Shown piece after piece: positions 42,798 to 56,840 of a stretch of 64,000 nt of DNA. A model generated the notes under the pieces. That model saw only the letters and a list, made by a program, of their open reading frames with translations, was not told the DNA's origin and ran no database searches. The position numbers and the translations under genes were made by a program. This stretch comes from Eledone cirrhosa. Taxonomy: Eukaryota. The stretch's first letter is position 1. The number at the start of each line of letters is the position of its first letter. The DNA lies in the NCBI GenBank assembly GCA_964016885.1, contig OZ024743.1, positions 310,496,001 through 310,560,000 of the forward strand, given 5' to 3'.

Positions 42798-44752
42798 TTA
42801 CTTCCCTTCCGGGCTCTTGTGAAGGTCGGGTGGTTCGACCTCCATAGTTGGTGGAATTTCTTTTCGGAACCCCTTTAAAAGTCTTGAAGTGGGTTTTACG
42901 TTCGGGGTTCCCACACCCCGAGGAAAGCTGTCTCGTATCTCTTTGTATAAATCGAGCGATATTCGCACCAGAATTAAATCTTCCGGCACGTGAAATGTGC
43001 TCGATTTAAAAATGTCCCCCTCTTTTTGTATATTTCCACTTGTGCTACAAGGGCCATCAGTTCATTGTTGGCCCTCCTGACGAGGACGAAGTTTTGTATG
43101 TTTTGTTGGTGTGATTTTATTTGTTTGCGTGGTTGTGGTGGTGATGGTTCTGATGGTGTTGTTTCGGTTGTCTGTGTTTGGTGTGAGTGCGGTGTCTGTG
43201 GTTTCAGATGTGTGTGTGTATATTTGTTCTTGCGTCTGTTTAGGTTGTTTGCGTTTGGGGGATTCTGGTAATGGTGATGGTGGTGTTGATGTTGGTGTTA
43301 TTGGAGAGATGTTTGTGTGGGTGTGTCTGCATTTTTTATTGTGGGTGATGTTGTGCTTTGTTGAGTTTTTTTCTTTTTGTGTTTCCTTTTTTGTATTTTG
43401 GGGGATTTGGGTTTTCCCTCATCTTCACTACTGGTAGATGAGGGGTGTGTGTCTGTAAGTGTGTCTGTGTGTGTGTTTATGTTTTTATTGATCTGTGTAT
43501 TTTTTTGGGGGGAGGGGGGGCAACTTCCCTCGTTTCCCCCCTGGGTGGTCAATGTTGGTTGAGGTCTTTCTATTGGTGTTGTTGTTGGTGGTTCTGCCGG
43601 TGCTGGTGATGGTTGTGGTCCTCGCCCCGGCGTCGGCAGTAGTGGAGCGCTTCGACCCCTTGCCTCTTTCAGCGGTTGAGAGCAGAAGGCTCACAAATGT
43701 TTTTTTTCCCACAAACAAAACAATGCGGCCTTTTATCCCTCGATCATAATATGAATGACTGTCCTATTCTGAAGGCGGATGTGGTCCGGGATTGTCTTCA
43801 CATTCTCCGGCCTGATCTGGAGAAGTATCTCCAGGTTAACCCCGGACCAGTCCTCTCTGGTCGTTCTGGTCACTTCTATAGGGACTCTATCCGTCCCCTC
43901 CACAATCACATATCCCAGAAGCCACCACATGTCAAGTCCTGGTGGGATTCTGGGAATGCGGAGACGCGCCGTTCTTTTTCCCAAGTGGGAGGGGTACATT
44001 ATGACCTTGCTGGTTTTGCAAGGAGTCATAGCGTGTTTCATAGCGAGGGCTTCTGACTTGAACAGCACCGAAATGGTGCCGTACTGTCTGCTTCTCGCTA
44101 TGTATTCAGTGTCATCTCTGATGCACCTCAGCGCGACCTCGACATCTGCTTGTGGAATTAAAGCTGCCCTTTTGGTTTGTGCTGAGATGCATCTATAATG
44201 CACCATTCTGCGCTCCATTGCCTCAATAGCTTCTACCGGTACAGTTGAGTTGGCCCAGGTTTGCTCTTGCTTGATGAGCTTCCGGGCCTGGGCCAACTTT
44301 TCATCTTTGTTTGAGAGGTCCATGTTGAAGAATGGCCTCTTTTTGGCTGCTGCCGCAGCGAAAGTGTTCTTGTTGTTGTTGTTGTTGTCGTTGTTCTTTT
44401 GGTGTTGTTGTTATCACTGTCGCTGTTTTCATTGTTGTCTTTGGTGCTGCCGTTGTTCTCGGTGCAGTTGGTATTGTTGCTGTTGGTGTTGTCGCTATTT
44501 GTTTTCATGTTAGTGGTGTTGATATTGTTCTCATTTTTTCTGTTATCTGTATTTTCGTTGTCGCTGTTACTGCAATTTTTTTCATAATTAGTGTTCTCAG
44601 TGTTGTTATCATTGCTGTCTTTGTTCACGTTGTTTGTGGTGGTGTTTGTTGTATCAATTTCTGTTAATTTCGCCGTAGCGCTCCTCTCAACTTTTACGTC
44701 GTTGTCGCACGACAGCATACATATCGCGGAGGGAGGGGCGTGGCTCAGCCAT
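42798..44752 (-). pseudogene. Tx1 ORF1 (gag-like) with Asn/Thr-rich tracts and CCHC knuckle, frameshifted
   Basis: ORF pieces 44233-44718 and 43733-44323; CFVCGKK.H...FC near 43690-43725. Confidence 0.7.
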
Positions 44753-44969
44753 GTTTTTTTGTTTTTTTATTTTCGATAATTTTTTAAAATGTAAAAGAGT
44801 TCAAATATTTGGGCCAAAAGGCCCAAATATTATTCTTTCCCCTTCACAGGGCAAAGTCCAAGGGTGTGTATGCCTTACACAACAACAACAAAAATCAATA
44901 AATAAGTTTTGACAGGTAAACAAATAAACTTACTAGAGCGAGCAAAAAGACGTCCGTTCAGACTCAATA

Positions 44970-45158
44970 ATAATAATTGTTTCTACAGTTGGCACAAGGC
45001 CAGCATTACCCAGTACATTACTGGTAATTTATTTTATCGACCCCGTAAGGATGAAAGGCAAAGTTAACCTCAGTGGGATTTGAACTCTGATCGTAAAGGG
45101 ACGTAATTATGCTTGAAAGCATGGCTTCCGACTCTCTACCTATACTGCCAATCCACCA
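44970..45158 (-). mobile_element. SINE family A, near full length
   Basis: Shared body, A/B boxes and ATT tail on the minus strand. Confidence 0.85.
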
Positions 45159-45176
45159 ATAATAATAATAATAACA

Positions 45177-47643
45177 AATTTAGAAGAACAGGCGTGGGAA
45201 GACATCTCTATAGCGGACTTAAGGACAGCACTCAATAAATCTCATAAATGGAAATCTCCTGGTAGAGACAGGATGCCAAATTTCTGGCTTTCCTCACTCC
45301 CATGCACTCACAATTTATTGGTCAAGCTGTTTAATGGAATTATGAAAGATAAAAAAAAATACACCTGATTGGATAGCAAGTGGCATTGCCTACCTTCTAC
45401 CAAAGAACAACGAAACCAAAGATAAAAAAAAACTATCGGCCCATAACCTGCTTGTCCACCACTTATAAATTATTAACCTCTATTCTCATGGAAAAAGCAT
45501 ACGTGTTTTTGGAGGAGAACAATCTTTTCCCCATTGAACAAAAAGGGTGCCGACGAAGTTCATATGGTTGCAAAGATCAACTTTTGATTAATCGTATGAT
45601 CCTTGAAAACCGTCATAATAAACACAGAAATATCAGTTCTGCATGGATCGATTATAAAAAAAGCCTTTGACAGTATACCACAATCATGGATTCTGAGATC
45701 ACTGGACATCTTCAAAATCTCACCTGTGATCTCAAACTTCCTGAAACACTATATGCCATTATGGAACACAAATCTCCAATTGTCTCATTCCACTGGGGTA
45801 CTGTGCTCTAAGAATATAAACATCAACTGTGGTATATTCCAGGGTGACTCACTTTCACCCTTGCTTTTCTGCATAGCTATAATACCCCTTACATCAGAAC
45901 TTAATAGAACAGGGTACGGTTATAGAATTGACAACAACAAAATAAGCCACCTATTTTATATGGATGATTTGAAGCTATATTGCAAAGATAATGACGAACT
46001 GGAAGGCCTTTTGCGGACAGTAAAAACGTTTAGCGGTGACATCAGGATGGAGTTTGTACTTGTCAAGTGTGCAAGATCCACTTTCAAGAAGGGGAGGCTT
46101 GACAACTCACTCAGTTGAATTGGATGCTGAAACAATCATAAAGGAACTTGAGCAGGAACAAACCGAAAATTATTTAGGGATTAATGAGGGCTCTGGCATA
46201 CAGCATGCAAGTATGAAAGAGAGGATAAGGAAAGAATGTTACAGGAGACTAGGTGCAGTTCTGAAATCAGAACTAAACGCTCGTAATAAGGTGTGATTAG
46301 CCATAAATTCCTTGGCAGTCCTAGTTGTCACTTATAGCTTCGGTGTGTTGAACTGGAATATGAGTGAAATCAAAAGAATCGACACCAAAGTCCGTAAGCT
46401 ACTGACCTGTAATAGGATGCACCACCCAAAAGCAGATGTGGATCGTCTTTACCTTCCTAGAACTCAAGGAGGCCGGGGCCTGATCCAGTTTGAATTTGCT
46501 TACAAGACCACCATCATTGGACTGGCCAAATAGCTTGAAGCAACTAACCACTGTATGCTGAATCTTGTTGAAAAGCATAACAGAAGTAAGAAGCTTCATT
46601 CTATCTAGCAGAGCAAAAGATATGCTACTGATCTCATGCTTGATACCCAGGCTGGATAGAGTAAAGAAACTGTTGCAACTGATGCTGCTAGGCACATAAA
46701 ATCACTGGCAAATGCAAAAGGGCAAGGACAATTCGTGGGAGCAGAAACCTCTGCATGGCAAATATGTGGCCCGTGGCAAACAAGCTGATGTTGACCAAAA
46801 GCACACCCATCAGTGGCTACGCAGTTCAGGGCTAAAGGCGGAGAGTAAAGGCTTCATCTTAGCTGCCCAAGATCAAAGCTTATTGTACTCGTAATTACCA
46901 GGCCAATGTGATGAGAAACAGAATAAACCCAAAATGCCGAACTTTAGTTTCTGGATGTAAAGTTTTAGCACCAGTAGAATACAAATATAGACATGACAGA
47001 GTTGGCCAATATCTAAACTGGGTAATATGTCGGCATTACAAAATCAAAGCTGAAGACAAGTGGTACAATCATCACCCTGAGGCTGTAACTAAAGGAGAAA
47101 AAGTAACAATTCTCTGGGAGTTTCCTGTACATACTGACAGGACCATAAAAGCAAATAGACCTGACATCATTGTAAAAGATCAACATAATAAGGTCTGTTT
47201 ATTGATAGATATGAGCATCCGATGCGATCACAATATCGCGGCAAAAGAATTTGACAAGCTACGAAAATATAAAGTCTGATTATTGAAATAGAGAAAATGT
47301 GGCACCTCAAAGCCGTTACAATAACAGTGCTGTGGGAGGGCTGGGAATGATCAAGAAAGGAACAGAACAATATTTGCGAATGATTCCTGGTTTACACTCT
47401 CTGCACAAGGTGCAAAAAATTGTTTTGACGGGTACTGCACACGTATTGAGAACAGCACCATCTCTGTAAGATGGATATCCCCCCTTGTATTTACATATGC
47501 ACATGTGTATATATAAATACTGGTTTTTTTTTAAATTATAATGAATGTGCTGTATTAACTGGCTTACCAATGCACACTTTGAATTTATTTGCCCTAGGTG
47601 TCAAGAAGACACTCGGCATATATCTCAGAAAGAAAATAAAAAT

Positions 47644-47645
<2 letters not shown>
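45177..47645 (+). mobile_element. R4/Dong-type RLE non-LTR retrotransposon, 5'-truncated and disrupted
   Basis: YRPITCL, EQKGC, WIDYKKAFDSIP, GIFQGDSLSP, YMDDLKL, RHDRV, RPDI...LIDMSI...KY; (TAA)n on both flanks. Confidence 0.9.
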
Positions 47646-47677
<32 letters not shown>

Positions 47678-47679
47678 TT

Positions 47680-50537
47680 AATCCTTTCTTTATTAACCAC
47701 AAGGGTTTACATAAAGTAGACATTAAGGACAGTACAGGACAATACAGGACGGTACAAATGGGCATTTCTGCGTGTAAAAAAACAAAAACAGAGGATATTA
47801 CAAAAAAAAACAATGAAAAATTCCCCAATAGGGGGGAGACTTCCGAGGGACATTTGTGGAGAAATCCCATTAAAAGGCCGGACCCTGACCACCAGGGCAA
47901 GTGCCCTCTCTTAGTTTTCCACCTTTAATTTACAGACACATACTCGGGCCATACTTGCTTCTCTCACCCATCTTTCAACAAAATGCTGGGAAGAGAGCAC
48001 TTCCTTCTCTACCCTGATTTTCCTTTTCAAATGAAATTTGAAAAAGTTAATCAGGGCATCACCGAAGAGGTAAGTGCTCGTCTTCAGCCCTTTCAAACGT
48101 GTCCACCATACTATCTCTTTCGCCATGGTCACCAGACAGATAAAAACTGCCTGCCCTTTCCGGCTAAAGGAAGAGGGCGGGGCATCCTCACGATGGACTC
48201 AGCTGATAGCTGGATCCGTCCTACACGTGACAGCAGGTGTTCGACATTAACCCACAAGTCTGCAATGCTCGGACACTGGACGAGTGCGTGCAGGACGGTT
48301 TCGTCGCCAAACGCGCATCTCGGACATGCCCGGCTGACGGCACCTCCATGCCTGTAGAGTTTATCCCGAACTGGCAAAGCTCCTCGGTAGCACAGCCAGG
48401 CCAGGGATTTCTGGAAGTTGTCCATAGGCCCCGGCCCGAAAGTTCTTCCGAAGAGATTGGCTAATTGATTTTCGTCGACGCCTAGAGTTTCTCCAAGTAT
48501 GTCGTCGCTCTTCCCCTCCACTAATCCTCTATAGAACGCCATGGTGGAGTTTCCACCGATCACATTGCCCGATTGGTCGAGGGCTGTGAGCGACTGAAGA
48601 CATTCCAGTCTCCAAGCGCTCCCTCTCGGTCTTCGCTTTACCCAGGACTGCAGCTCCGTCAAGGAAACGAGCTGGGGAAATACGTGTCTAGCAAACGGCG
48701 ACCACACCTGATCACCGTCGAGGAAGAGGTGGAGATGTCGTAGCCTGAGCGCGTGCCTGCGCATCATCAGCCACGGCATGCTCAGCCCTCCACGTAGCGG
48801 GTGTTGACAACAGATGGACCGCCTGACCATCGGAGCGCGTCCCTTCCACAAAAAGCGGAAGAGCAAACGCTCCAGCGCAGTCAGGCGAAGCTTAGGACAA
48901 GGTAGGACGGTCAGGCGGTAGCAGATGACAGACGAGATGTACGCGTTAGCCACCTCCGCTCGACCTTTCAGGGATAGCTTCCTCTCCGCCCATTTCTGGG
49001 TGAGAGAAGCCACCCTGCTCGTCACCTCGTCCCAGATTTTGTCCGTCTGGAGGTCCGGACCGAACCAGACCCCTAGCAATTTAACCGGTCCGTCCGTCCA
49101 GCGTCCGACGACGCTGTTGGACGGCATGGACCTGCCTCTCCAGGTGCCGAGCTGCAGGCCCACTGCCTTTTCTGGTTGATCATTGCTCCTGTCACCGCTT
49201 CGTATTCTCTTAGTGTAGTGCCGATCGCCTCGATGTGTTTGGCGTTCGACACCACTACGGTGACATCGTCCGCATATGCTGACACGGATCTTCCGCATCC
49301 TAGTTCGCGTGGGACCCCCCTCAATGTCTCCAGTTTGGGCAGTAATGGTTCGACAGTCAATACGTACAAGAGGGACGAGAGGGGACATCCTTGGCGGACC
49401 GAGCGCATGATGTTAAACGGTTCCGAAAGCTGACCGTTCACTGTCACCACAGAGCAGATGTCGCTGTGCATGGCAGCGATCCAGCCTCTGAAGACGGGCC
49501 CAAAGCCAGCCGCCCTCAGGTCTGCCGCTAAGTAACGATGGTCGACCCTATCGAAAGCTTTCGACTGATCTAAATTGATCAAGGACCCACCCGTGCCAGG
49601 TTCCCTAGCTTCCCTCTCTACGATGTATCGCATGAGGTGGAGGTTGTCGTGGATGGATCTGAAGGGAATGGCGCATGTCTGCGCCTCTCCCGCCAGACCA
49701 CCAACGACAAGCGCCAACCTCTTTGCTAGCACCTTGGTCAAAATCTTGAACTCTGTGTTTTTGCAGAGTTATGAGCCTGAAATTATCTATGTTATCCCCC
49801 TTGTTCGGATCCTTTCTCAGCAGCGCCACAGCTCCTCGGCTCACAGAGCTGGGAATTCTCCTATTCTGTTGCCAGTTGCAGTAGACGTCCGCCTAGAGGC
49901 CTCCGAACAAGTCTGGCATCTGTACGTAAAGTTCATAGGGCAGACCATCCAAACCAGGCGATTTACCCATTGTGCAGCCAGACATTGCCTCCCGTACTTC
50001 AGCGGCTCTTATCGGCTTTTCGCAACACTCCGCCTCAGTGGCCGAGAGCCGCGGGAGTCCGTCGAGGTAGACACTAAAGTCCATCCCTCGATCCGGCCCG
50101 CCGCTGCCCCCGAACAGCTGTGCGAAATGTCGCTGAAAAGCTTCACACATTTGCCCGGGATCGAGTAGCATGCGCCCGTCGTGGTGCATCAAAGATCGGA
50201 TCGTGGCTTTGCTGCCACGACGCGCCTCCGCCACTAGGACCCATTGAACGGCTTTCGTCCCCTCGTGTCTGAGAGCACGCACCCTAGCTCTGACAACGCA
50301 GCCTTCGTTCTTTGCATTGAAGAATTGGTCAAGGGCCAATTTCGCCGCAAGTACATCGGTCGCGATGCCTTTGCTAAGCGCCTCGTCTAATTTTCTAACT
50401 AGATCTCCCTCTGCTCTATTTTTCTCTATTGCTAAAGCCTTACTAAACCTTATGGACTCTATTCTAATCGCTCTTTTCAGAGCAAACCACCACTGGTTGT
50501 TCACGATTGCCCCCGTCAACGCCCGCTTAACTAGTTC
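47680..50537 (-). mobile_element. Tx1/L1-clade LINE 3' half (RT, Cys motif, 3'UTR)
   Basis: KSPGLDGLPYE, LDQSKAFDRVDH, SVRQGCPLS, AYADDV, CPRC...ETVLHALVQC. Confidence 0.92.
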
Positions 50538-50926
50538 GCTATTCCTTCATATTCTGAGGATTTGATCAAAGGTAAACACTGTATTGGAGGTCGGGTGACG
50601 CAACTTCGAGTGATTAGTGGCCTCTAGACTCATCTGATAAAAAAAAACAATTGTTAATACTTGAAATAAAGCCCCTTGTTGTACAGACGACTATGTTAAT
50701 CTTCAATCTTTCACTATTATTACTCCAAGTATAATCTGCATAGGATTTCTCGCGAACTCGCCACCTAACTATAGACACATCTTGTTGAGTCAAACAAAGC
50801 CGTACGTTAAAACTATCCACGACACAGAGTACTCACAACTTCTAACTGGATTACCTATAGCAATAACTTGTTATCCCATACACCCAGCTCCCACTAGGTT
50901 GAACAACATTAACGCACGGCACTAAC

Positions 50927-53330
50927 ATGGAAAATCACCACATAGGCATGTCCTTAAAACACATACCCGTACCTACAAACCAGGACTATACACTCAGCAT
51001 GATACAGCGTACTAATGACTTCCTCCGTCGAATCCGATGGAAGGCCTATCATTACGATAAAGGACACGCTAATAACACAGAGGAATTTACTAGGGGAAAA
51101 TACGGATTCAAATCCTGCAAAAATCCACCGAATAACCTCCATCTCGATGCATTCGAACTCGACCTCGTGAACATAATAAGTGGAACCAAATTCTAAAGAC
51201 GTACGGGTTACAACAAACTGTAAAACGACATCAATGCACTGCTGAAGAAACTACGCAACACCAACGGTATTATATTAAAAACGGACAAAATATCAAACGT
51301 ATGCACCATGAGCATTAACACATACAATAACTTTATACACCGTGAACTACACAAACAATACAAGACAAGAAAACTACAGAATCTACACTCACTAGCATTA
51401 ATAAGGAAGGACTTAGCATAGTAAAAAACTGAAAATATCTGATAGAACCGAGCCTCTAACCCCTTGTAATCCCACATTTAACCTAAATATCACAAAAATA
51501 ATTTCGAAACAGACCCCACAATTAGATTAATATGGCCATCGAAGTCGGATATAGGTAGAATTAGAAAGTATATACTAGATAGAGTAATAGCACAAATCAA
51601 GGACAAACAATTAATTAAACTATGGGGTAACTCTAACGAAGCAATAGACTGGTTCAGCAAAATGGACAGTAGGGAAACATCCAGCTTCGTACAGTTTGAC
51701 ATTAATGACTACTACTCCTCCATCTCCCCGAGTCACCCTAGATAAAGCGCTAGCCTTTGCCCAGAAAAACTCGGACCTAACCTCTGATGAAATTAGAATA
51801 ATACTAGCTGCTGGGAGAACTATCATTAGATTCAAAAATAGTTACTGGGGATGAAAAAACAGACAGAATAGCTTCGATATCACAGTGGGATCTAGCGACT
51901 CAGCGCAGGTATCAGACATAGTGGTAATATATATAGCGCACAACTTACATAAGGAATTTAATAACCTGCAAGGGGGAATTTATAGAGACGACACACTCCT
52001 TTTAGCTAAGAACTTAATTAATCAAAACATGGAAAAATTACGGAAAAACATCAGTCTTCTTCAACAAACTAGGCCTAGGTATCACTTTCGAACTTAACTC
52101 TAAGAATACAAACTTCTTAGATGTAACACTCAACCTAAACACGGGATTAATAGAGCCCTTCCATAAAAATAAAGAAAATCTAGCCTACATTAGTTATAAC
52201 TCAAACCACCCTCGATCAATAATTAACTCCATAGCACATAGTATACCCCTCAGAATATCCCCCCTATCTTCTAACCTAGACATTTTTATCGAACACGAAA
52301 ACTGTTATAACATAGCTTTACATAAGGTAGGACATAAGGAGGGGCTCAAATACATACCAGATAGAGACAGCAATAACAAACCTAACGACAGCTACACTAC
52401 CCACACCTATATAAATAACAAGCATAGGACTAAACATAGAATTAGGCAACGAGCACAAAAAATAACTGAACCGAATACTAATATAAGGACCACTAGGAAC
52501 TATAGAAAATCCAGAGATATGAAATACTTATGGTTCAATCCAATATTCAACTCCTCTATAAAAATCAAACTACCTTCTACATTCTTTAAGCTAATTGACA
52601 AACACTTCCCTAAAATACAAAAATACCATAGAATCTTTAACAGAAAAACTATCAAACTATCTTACTCTACTGCAGCCAATATAGAATCACACATACATAA
52701 AATAAACCACGAAAGAATCTCTAAAGAAAATAACCTACCAACATACACCATAGCACCAAATGCAAAACGCAAACACATAACAACATCACAACCACACACA
52801 CATCAGAGCGCATCACAACAAAACATTAATAGGCCTAAATCTCAATCCACCCATAACAACATGCAAAACCGCAAGGGGGAACCTGTACACGGAAAGGCCT
52901 CCAACTGTAACTGTCACCTACCGGATAAGTGCCCACTACAAAATAGATGCCTGGATTCAAGTATGGTGTACCTGTGTACTATAAATTCAGGCAACTTTAC
53001 ATGGCACTACATAGGTTCTACGGCTGGAGAGTTAAAAAAAAAAGATGGTACGTTCACAGACACTCCATGAAGAACCGTAGACTGGAGAACTCTACAACGC
53101 TCGCCAATAAAATCTGGCAGCTTAAGAACACAAACCAGGAATATAGGATTAGCTGGTCAAAATTATCGGGAGCAAGACCCTACAACAATGGAATGTCCCA
53201 CTGCGGACTTTGCAATATGGAGCTATTCCATATTTTAATTACGATAAAATACTGCTTAACAGCAAAATAGAAAGATCAGTTTTCTTTCGGTACAAAACAG
53301 CTACCAAGTTCACAAATTTCAAACCATGAT
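50927..53330 (+). pseudogene. PLE RT + CxCx5Cx5C + GIY-YIG, disrupted
   Basis: SLKHIP...RIRWKAY...YGFKS, FDINDYY, IYRDD, WFNP, CNCHLPDKCPLQNRC, VYLC...YIGST, CGLC. Confidence 0.9.
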
Positions 53331-53958
53331 TCGACCCAGCAATCCCAAAATTAGAACTGAACCACCCGGATTTTAACGTATGGAATATATACCACCAAAC
53401 CGTTATTAACTGTCAACTAACCGACTGGTCACTAGATCATAAATCTCCTAACCTTTCTTTCACCCTCTCTCCCTGAAACCACATCAACCCCATTAAGATA
53501 AGACAATCAGCAGGAAAAATATTTACCACACACACATATCAAAACCCCGCTTCACCATCCATCCTTAGCCTTTATGTCTCATGCTAGTATCTCTCACTTA
53601 ATTTCTAATTTATTGTTTTTTTCTTTTATCTGTCATTTGTTACTACCTCTTATTCTCTACACGCATCTATGTATGTATCGAATATTTCTTTACATGTTAG
53701 TACTACCTCCACCCCCACATCCTTACACAGACACTTACTCTCCACCACCACCACTACTATCAACTATCGTATTCTGTACTTATATGCTTTTACTTATTTT
53801 TTTATTTACTTTCTTTTTTTTTCTTACTTTTTTATTTTCTTACGTTTTACATCTGAAACTTCTTTACCTATTTATCATTATATTTTATTATTGATGTTAT
53901 TGTTTTGATTCTACGCTGAATCTTCTCTATATATACCATGCCATATGTGAGTTCTTCC

Positions 53959-54069
53959 GTATTCTGAGGATTTGATCAGAGATAAACACTATATTGGAGG
54001 TCGAGTGACGCAACTTCGAGTGATTAGCGGCCTCTAGACTCACCGGATCAATGAAACAATTGTTAATAC
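53959..54069 (+). ncRNA. Type I hammerhead with 82-nt stem II domain
   Basis: gtatt-CTGAGGA-t-ttgatc...gatcaa-t-GAAA-caattg-TT-aatac; damaged copy at 50550-50660. Confidence 0.75.
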
Positions 54070-54119
54070 TTGAAATAAAGCCCCTTGTTGTACAGCCGAC
54101 CATGTTATTCTTCAATCTT

Positions 54120-54195
<76 letters not shown>

Positions 54196-54509
54196 CAGGG
54201 AGTGTAACGTAAAGTTACTGTAAGTTCACCGAGGTGAGCACTCGATGTTTAGACTCATGTCTGTATCGAGTTGTAGAGATATACAGAGTGTAAATATAAT
54301 AATACAAGGACGATTTGTTAAGCCTTCATTACGTTTATTGATTGGTGACGCGCGTTTCGCTACTGATCAGCACAAGGTTCGATCTGTATCGATCTGGCCT
54401 GACACTGGAATCAAAAGCTCGTCGGACCTTTGCTGTTGTGATAAAGGACTAATGTCCGAAACGTAAAGAGACTTTTCACATATGCCAAGCGTTAAACTAT
54501 TTCTTCATT

Positions 54510-54655
54510 GTAGTGTAGTTATGTCCCTTTACGGTCTGAGTTCAAATCCCACCGAGGTTAACTTTGCCTTTCATCCTTACGGGGTCGATAAAATAAATTA
54601 CCAGTAATGCACTGGTTAATTGCTGGCCTTGTGCCAAAAGTAGAAACAATTATTA
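54510..54655 (+). mobile_element. SINE family A fragment
   Basis: B box plus shared body. Confidence 0.85.
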
Positions 54656-56532
54656 AAAGAAAAAAAATAGAATTTCGTTTTTTGCTTTAACATAGCGGAT
54701 ACGTAAGTGCATACGTGAGTTTTACATCAAACAATAATAATCTTATTCGTAATGAGGCAAGAAAAAAAGCCTCATTACGCTATGTTTTATAGATGGCCAG
54801 CGCCACTCTTTCGCTCTAATGATTATTTAATTTATTCCGTTACTCAACGTATGCATGTCATGCATAATTATTACACCCAGAGTCTGCATCCTGTATAACT
54901 ATTCAGTGCGCAGTATCTTATTTGTAGTTATCTTCTGATGAGGAGAAAATAATCTCCGATATGCATAATTTTAATTCCTTCTGTTTCTCTGTATAGAGAG
55001 AATATTTGGATGTGTTTATACTCCATTTGTTTCAGAGTGGAATGGTTTATTAAAAAAAAATTGTTACATCTATATCAAATTTACCTTAAGAAGCTTTCTA
55101 ATGCATGTTTTATCTAGCATAAATATTTATTATTGAACAATTTACTTGTTCTATGAAAAGTGTTAATATCAGAGTACACGCTTCCTATTTCATTAAAATA
55201 AAAATCTAAAATTATGTGAAATTACTTTGTGGCTAACACCCTTCAGTCACACCGACCTCAAAACTCCATAGTGATTTGTCTATCATAGACAGAGAGGTTT
55301 ATATAGTTTCAATTGTAAACAAAATCCTTGTGGTTAATTTTAGATTTTGTAATCAACTTCATGTCACTTGACTCAGCTTTTCATATTTGGCTTTGATCCT
55401 ATGCAAGTTAGCAAGCTGTGTTATTTGAGCAATTCAATACATATTGAATTTTAATAAGTTATAATACTCATTCATTTTTCTCAGTAAGTATTTATTATTT
55501 TTCAGTGCAAATATATTGGACATAAATAATTTAGTAATAGGAAATATAACTGATGATTTGGAATCTGAAGGTGAACATACATCAGAACCTAATGTTTATA
55601 AGGTGAAAGAACGTCTAAATTGGACTATTTAAAAGGATGTAGAACATGGGCCAACCATATATAAAGTATTCTGCTAGAAAAGTGTTAAATGTCTTAATTT
55701 TATTGGAGGAAATAAGCTAAATTTAAAAACAAACGAAAAAGAAAAAAACCCAGAAAAATAGCTTCAATTGATAGGAAACAAACCAATTGATTAATTTTAC
55801 TAAACATGACTAAATAAATATAAGGACGTCCCGTACGTTTCTGGAAATATATCTTTGTTGGTGTAAAGAAAGCTTCCGTACTGTGAAATGATATGAAAAT
55901 GAATATCTTTAAAAATGTCATATTTCCCGTTCAATCAAAATGTCCTTAGTTCTAGCTGGCAATGTTTAATTGGCAAGAATATCTGAATGGGTGTAGCATA
56001 ATTTATGTGCGTGTGTACCACTAATCAAAGTGTTGGATAACTTATTCGCTGATATGAAAGTATCACTAAACGTTACTACAGGAAATATATTTTTTTTCAT
56101 TGGAATTTATGTAACAGACTGGCCTTCTTCCAACACCATATAATATTTCCATTCATTCTGCCAAGTTAGGCAAAATGGTCTTCAAGATCGTTGAATTCAA
56201 ACACTTTTTGGTTGTTGTTTTATTTTGTCTTCTTTTCTTTCTTTGTTTGGCGTGTCTCCAAACTTGAGGTTTCATGTAAATTCATGACTCACCATTATGC
56301 TATACCTGACGTCAAAAACACTTCAAGCAAAAAATCATTATTTGTTGTATAGCTGGAAGGATGATAATATAAACAGCTGCCTGTACGAAAATATACTTTG
56401 AATTATAAGATATGATTACAATCTGAGAATATTCGTTTCAGAAGAATTGATAACAAATAAATTTAGTTGCAAAATGATTTTTTGTATTGTAATCTGCATA
56501 AGATTTTTGTTTTCATTGAAAACTATTTGACT

Positions 56533-56594
<62 letters not shown>

Positions 56595-56597
<3 letters not shown>

Positions 56598-56840
56598 ATC
56601 GAAAGGTTGTGAGTTCAATTCTCGAACCGGGGGATGTGTTGTTTCCTTGAGCAAGACACTTTATTTCATGTTGCTCCAGTTTACTCACCTGAAAATGAAT
56701 ACCAGCAATAGCTGGAGATTTAGCCCCTGCGATGGATTGTCATCCTCTCCAGGGGGGAGTCTTGTACTCTCAGTCGCTTCACGCCATGAAACCGGGATAA
56801 GCCTCGGCCAAATGAGCCTTCTGGCTTAAGACAGACTTTA
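56595..56840 (+). mobile_element. SINE family B (tRNA head, CORE/V-domain-like body)
   Basis: gagttcaattc B box; tccttgagcaagacact; ctgcgatggattgtcatcctctccagggggg. Confidence 0.65.

Larger units (their letters stand above)
41235..44966 (-). mobile_element. Tx1/L1-clade LINE 5' half (5'UTR, ORF1, APE, start of RT), 3'-truncated
   Basis: APE motifs SLNVRDL, RLVAVYAP, SRSYIDRIF, GPGYWKLN; KSTGLDGLSYELY. Confidence 0.9.
50541..54124 (+). mobile_element. Penelope-like element 2, near full length, direct pLTRs (~50541-50715 and ~53951-54124)
   Basis: Direct repeats; RT and GIY-YIG remnants; ends in (TA)n. Confidence 0.92.

Noticed and set aside
51849-51856. In-frame TGA in PLE2 RT as possible selenocysteine
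   Set aside because: Aligns to Arg/Lys in the other two PLEs (likely CGA>TGA decay), and the ORF has many other stops and frameshifts
55500-56300. Possible host exon after ttttcag, or DNA transposase remnant
   Set aside because: No recognisable motif and frequent stops; cannot be supported
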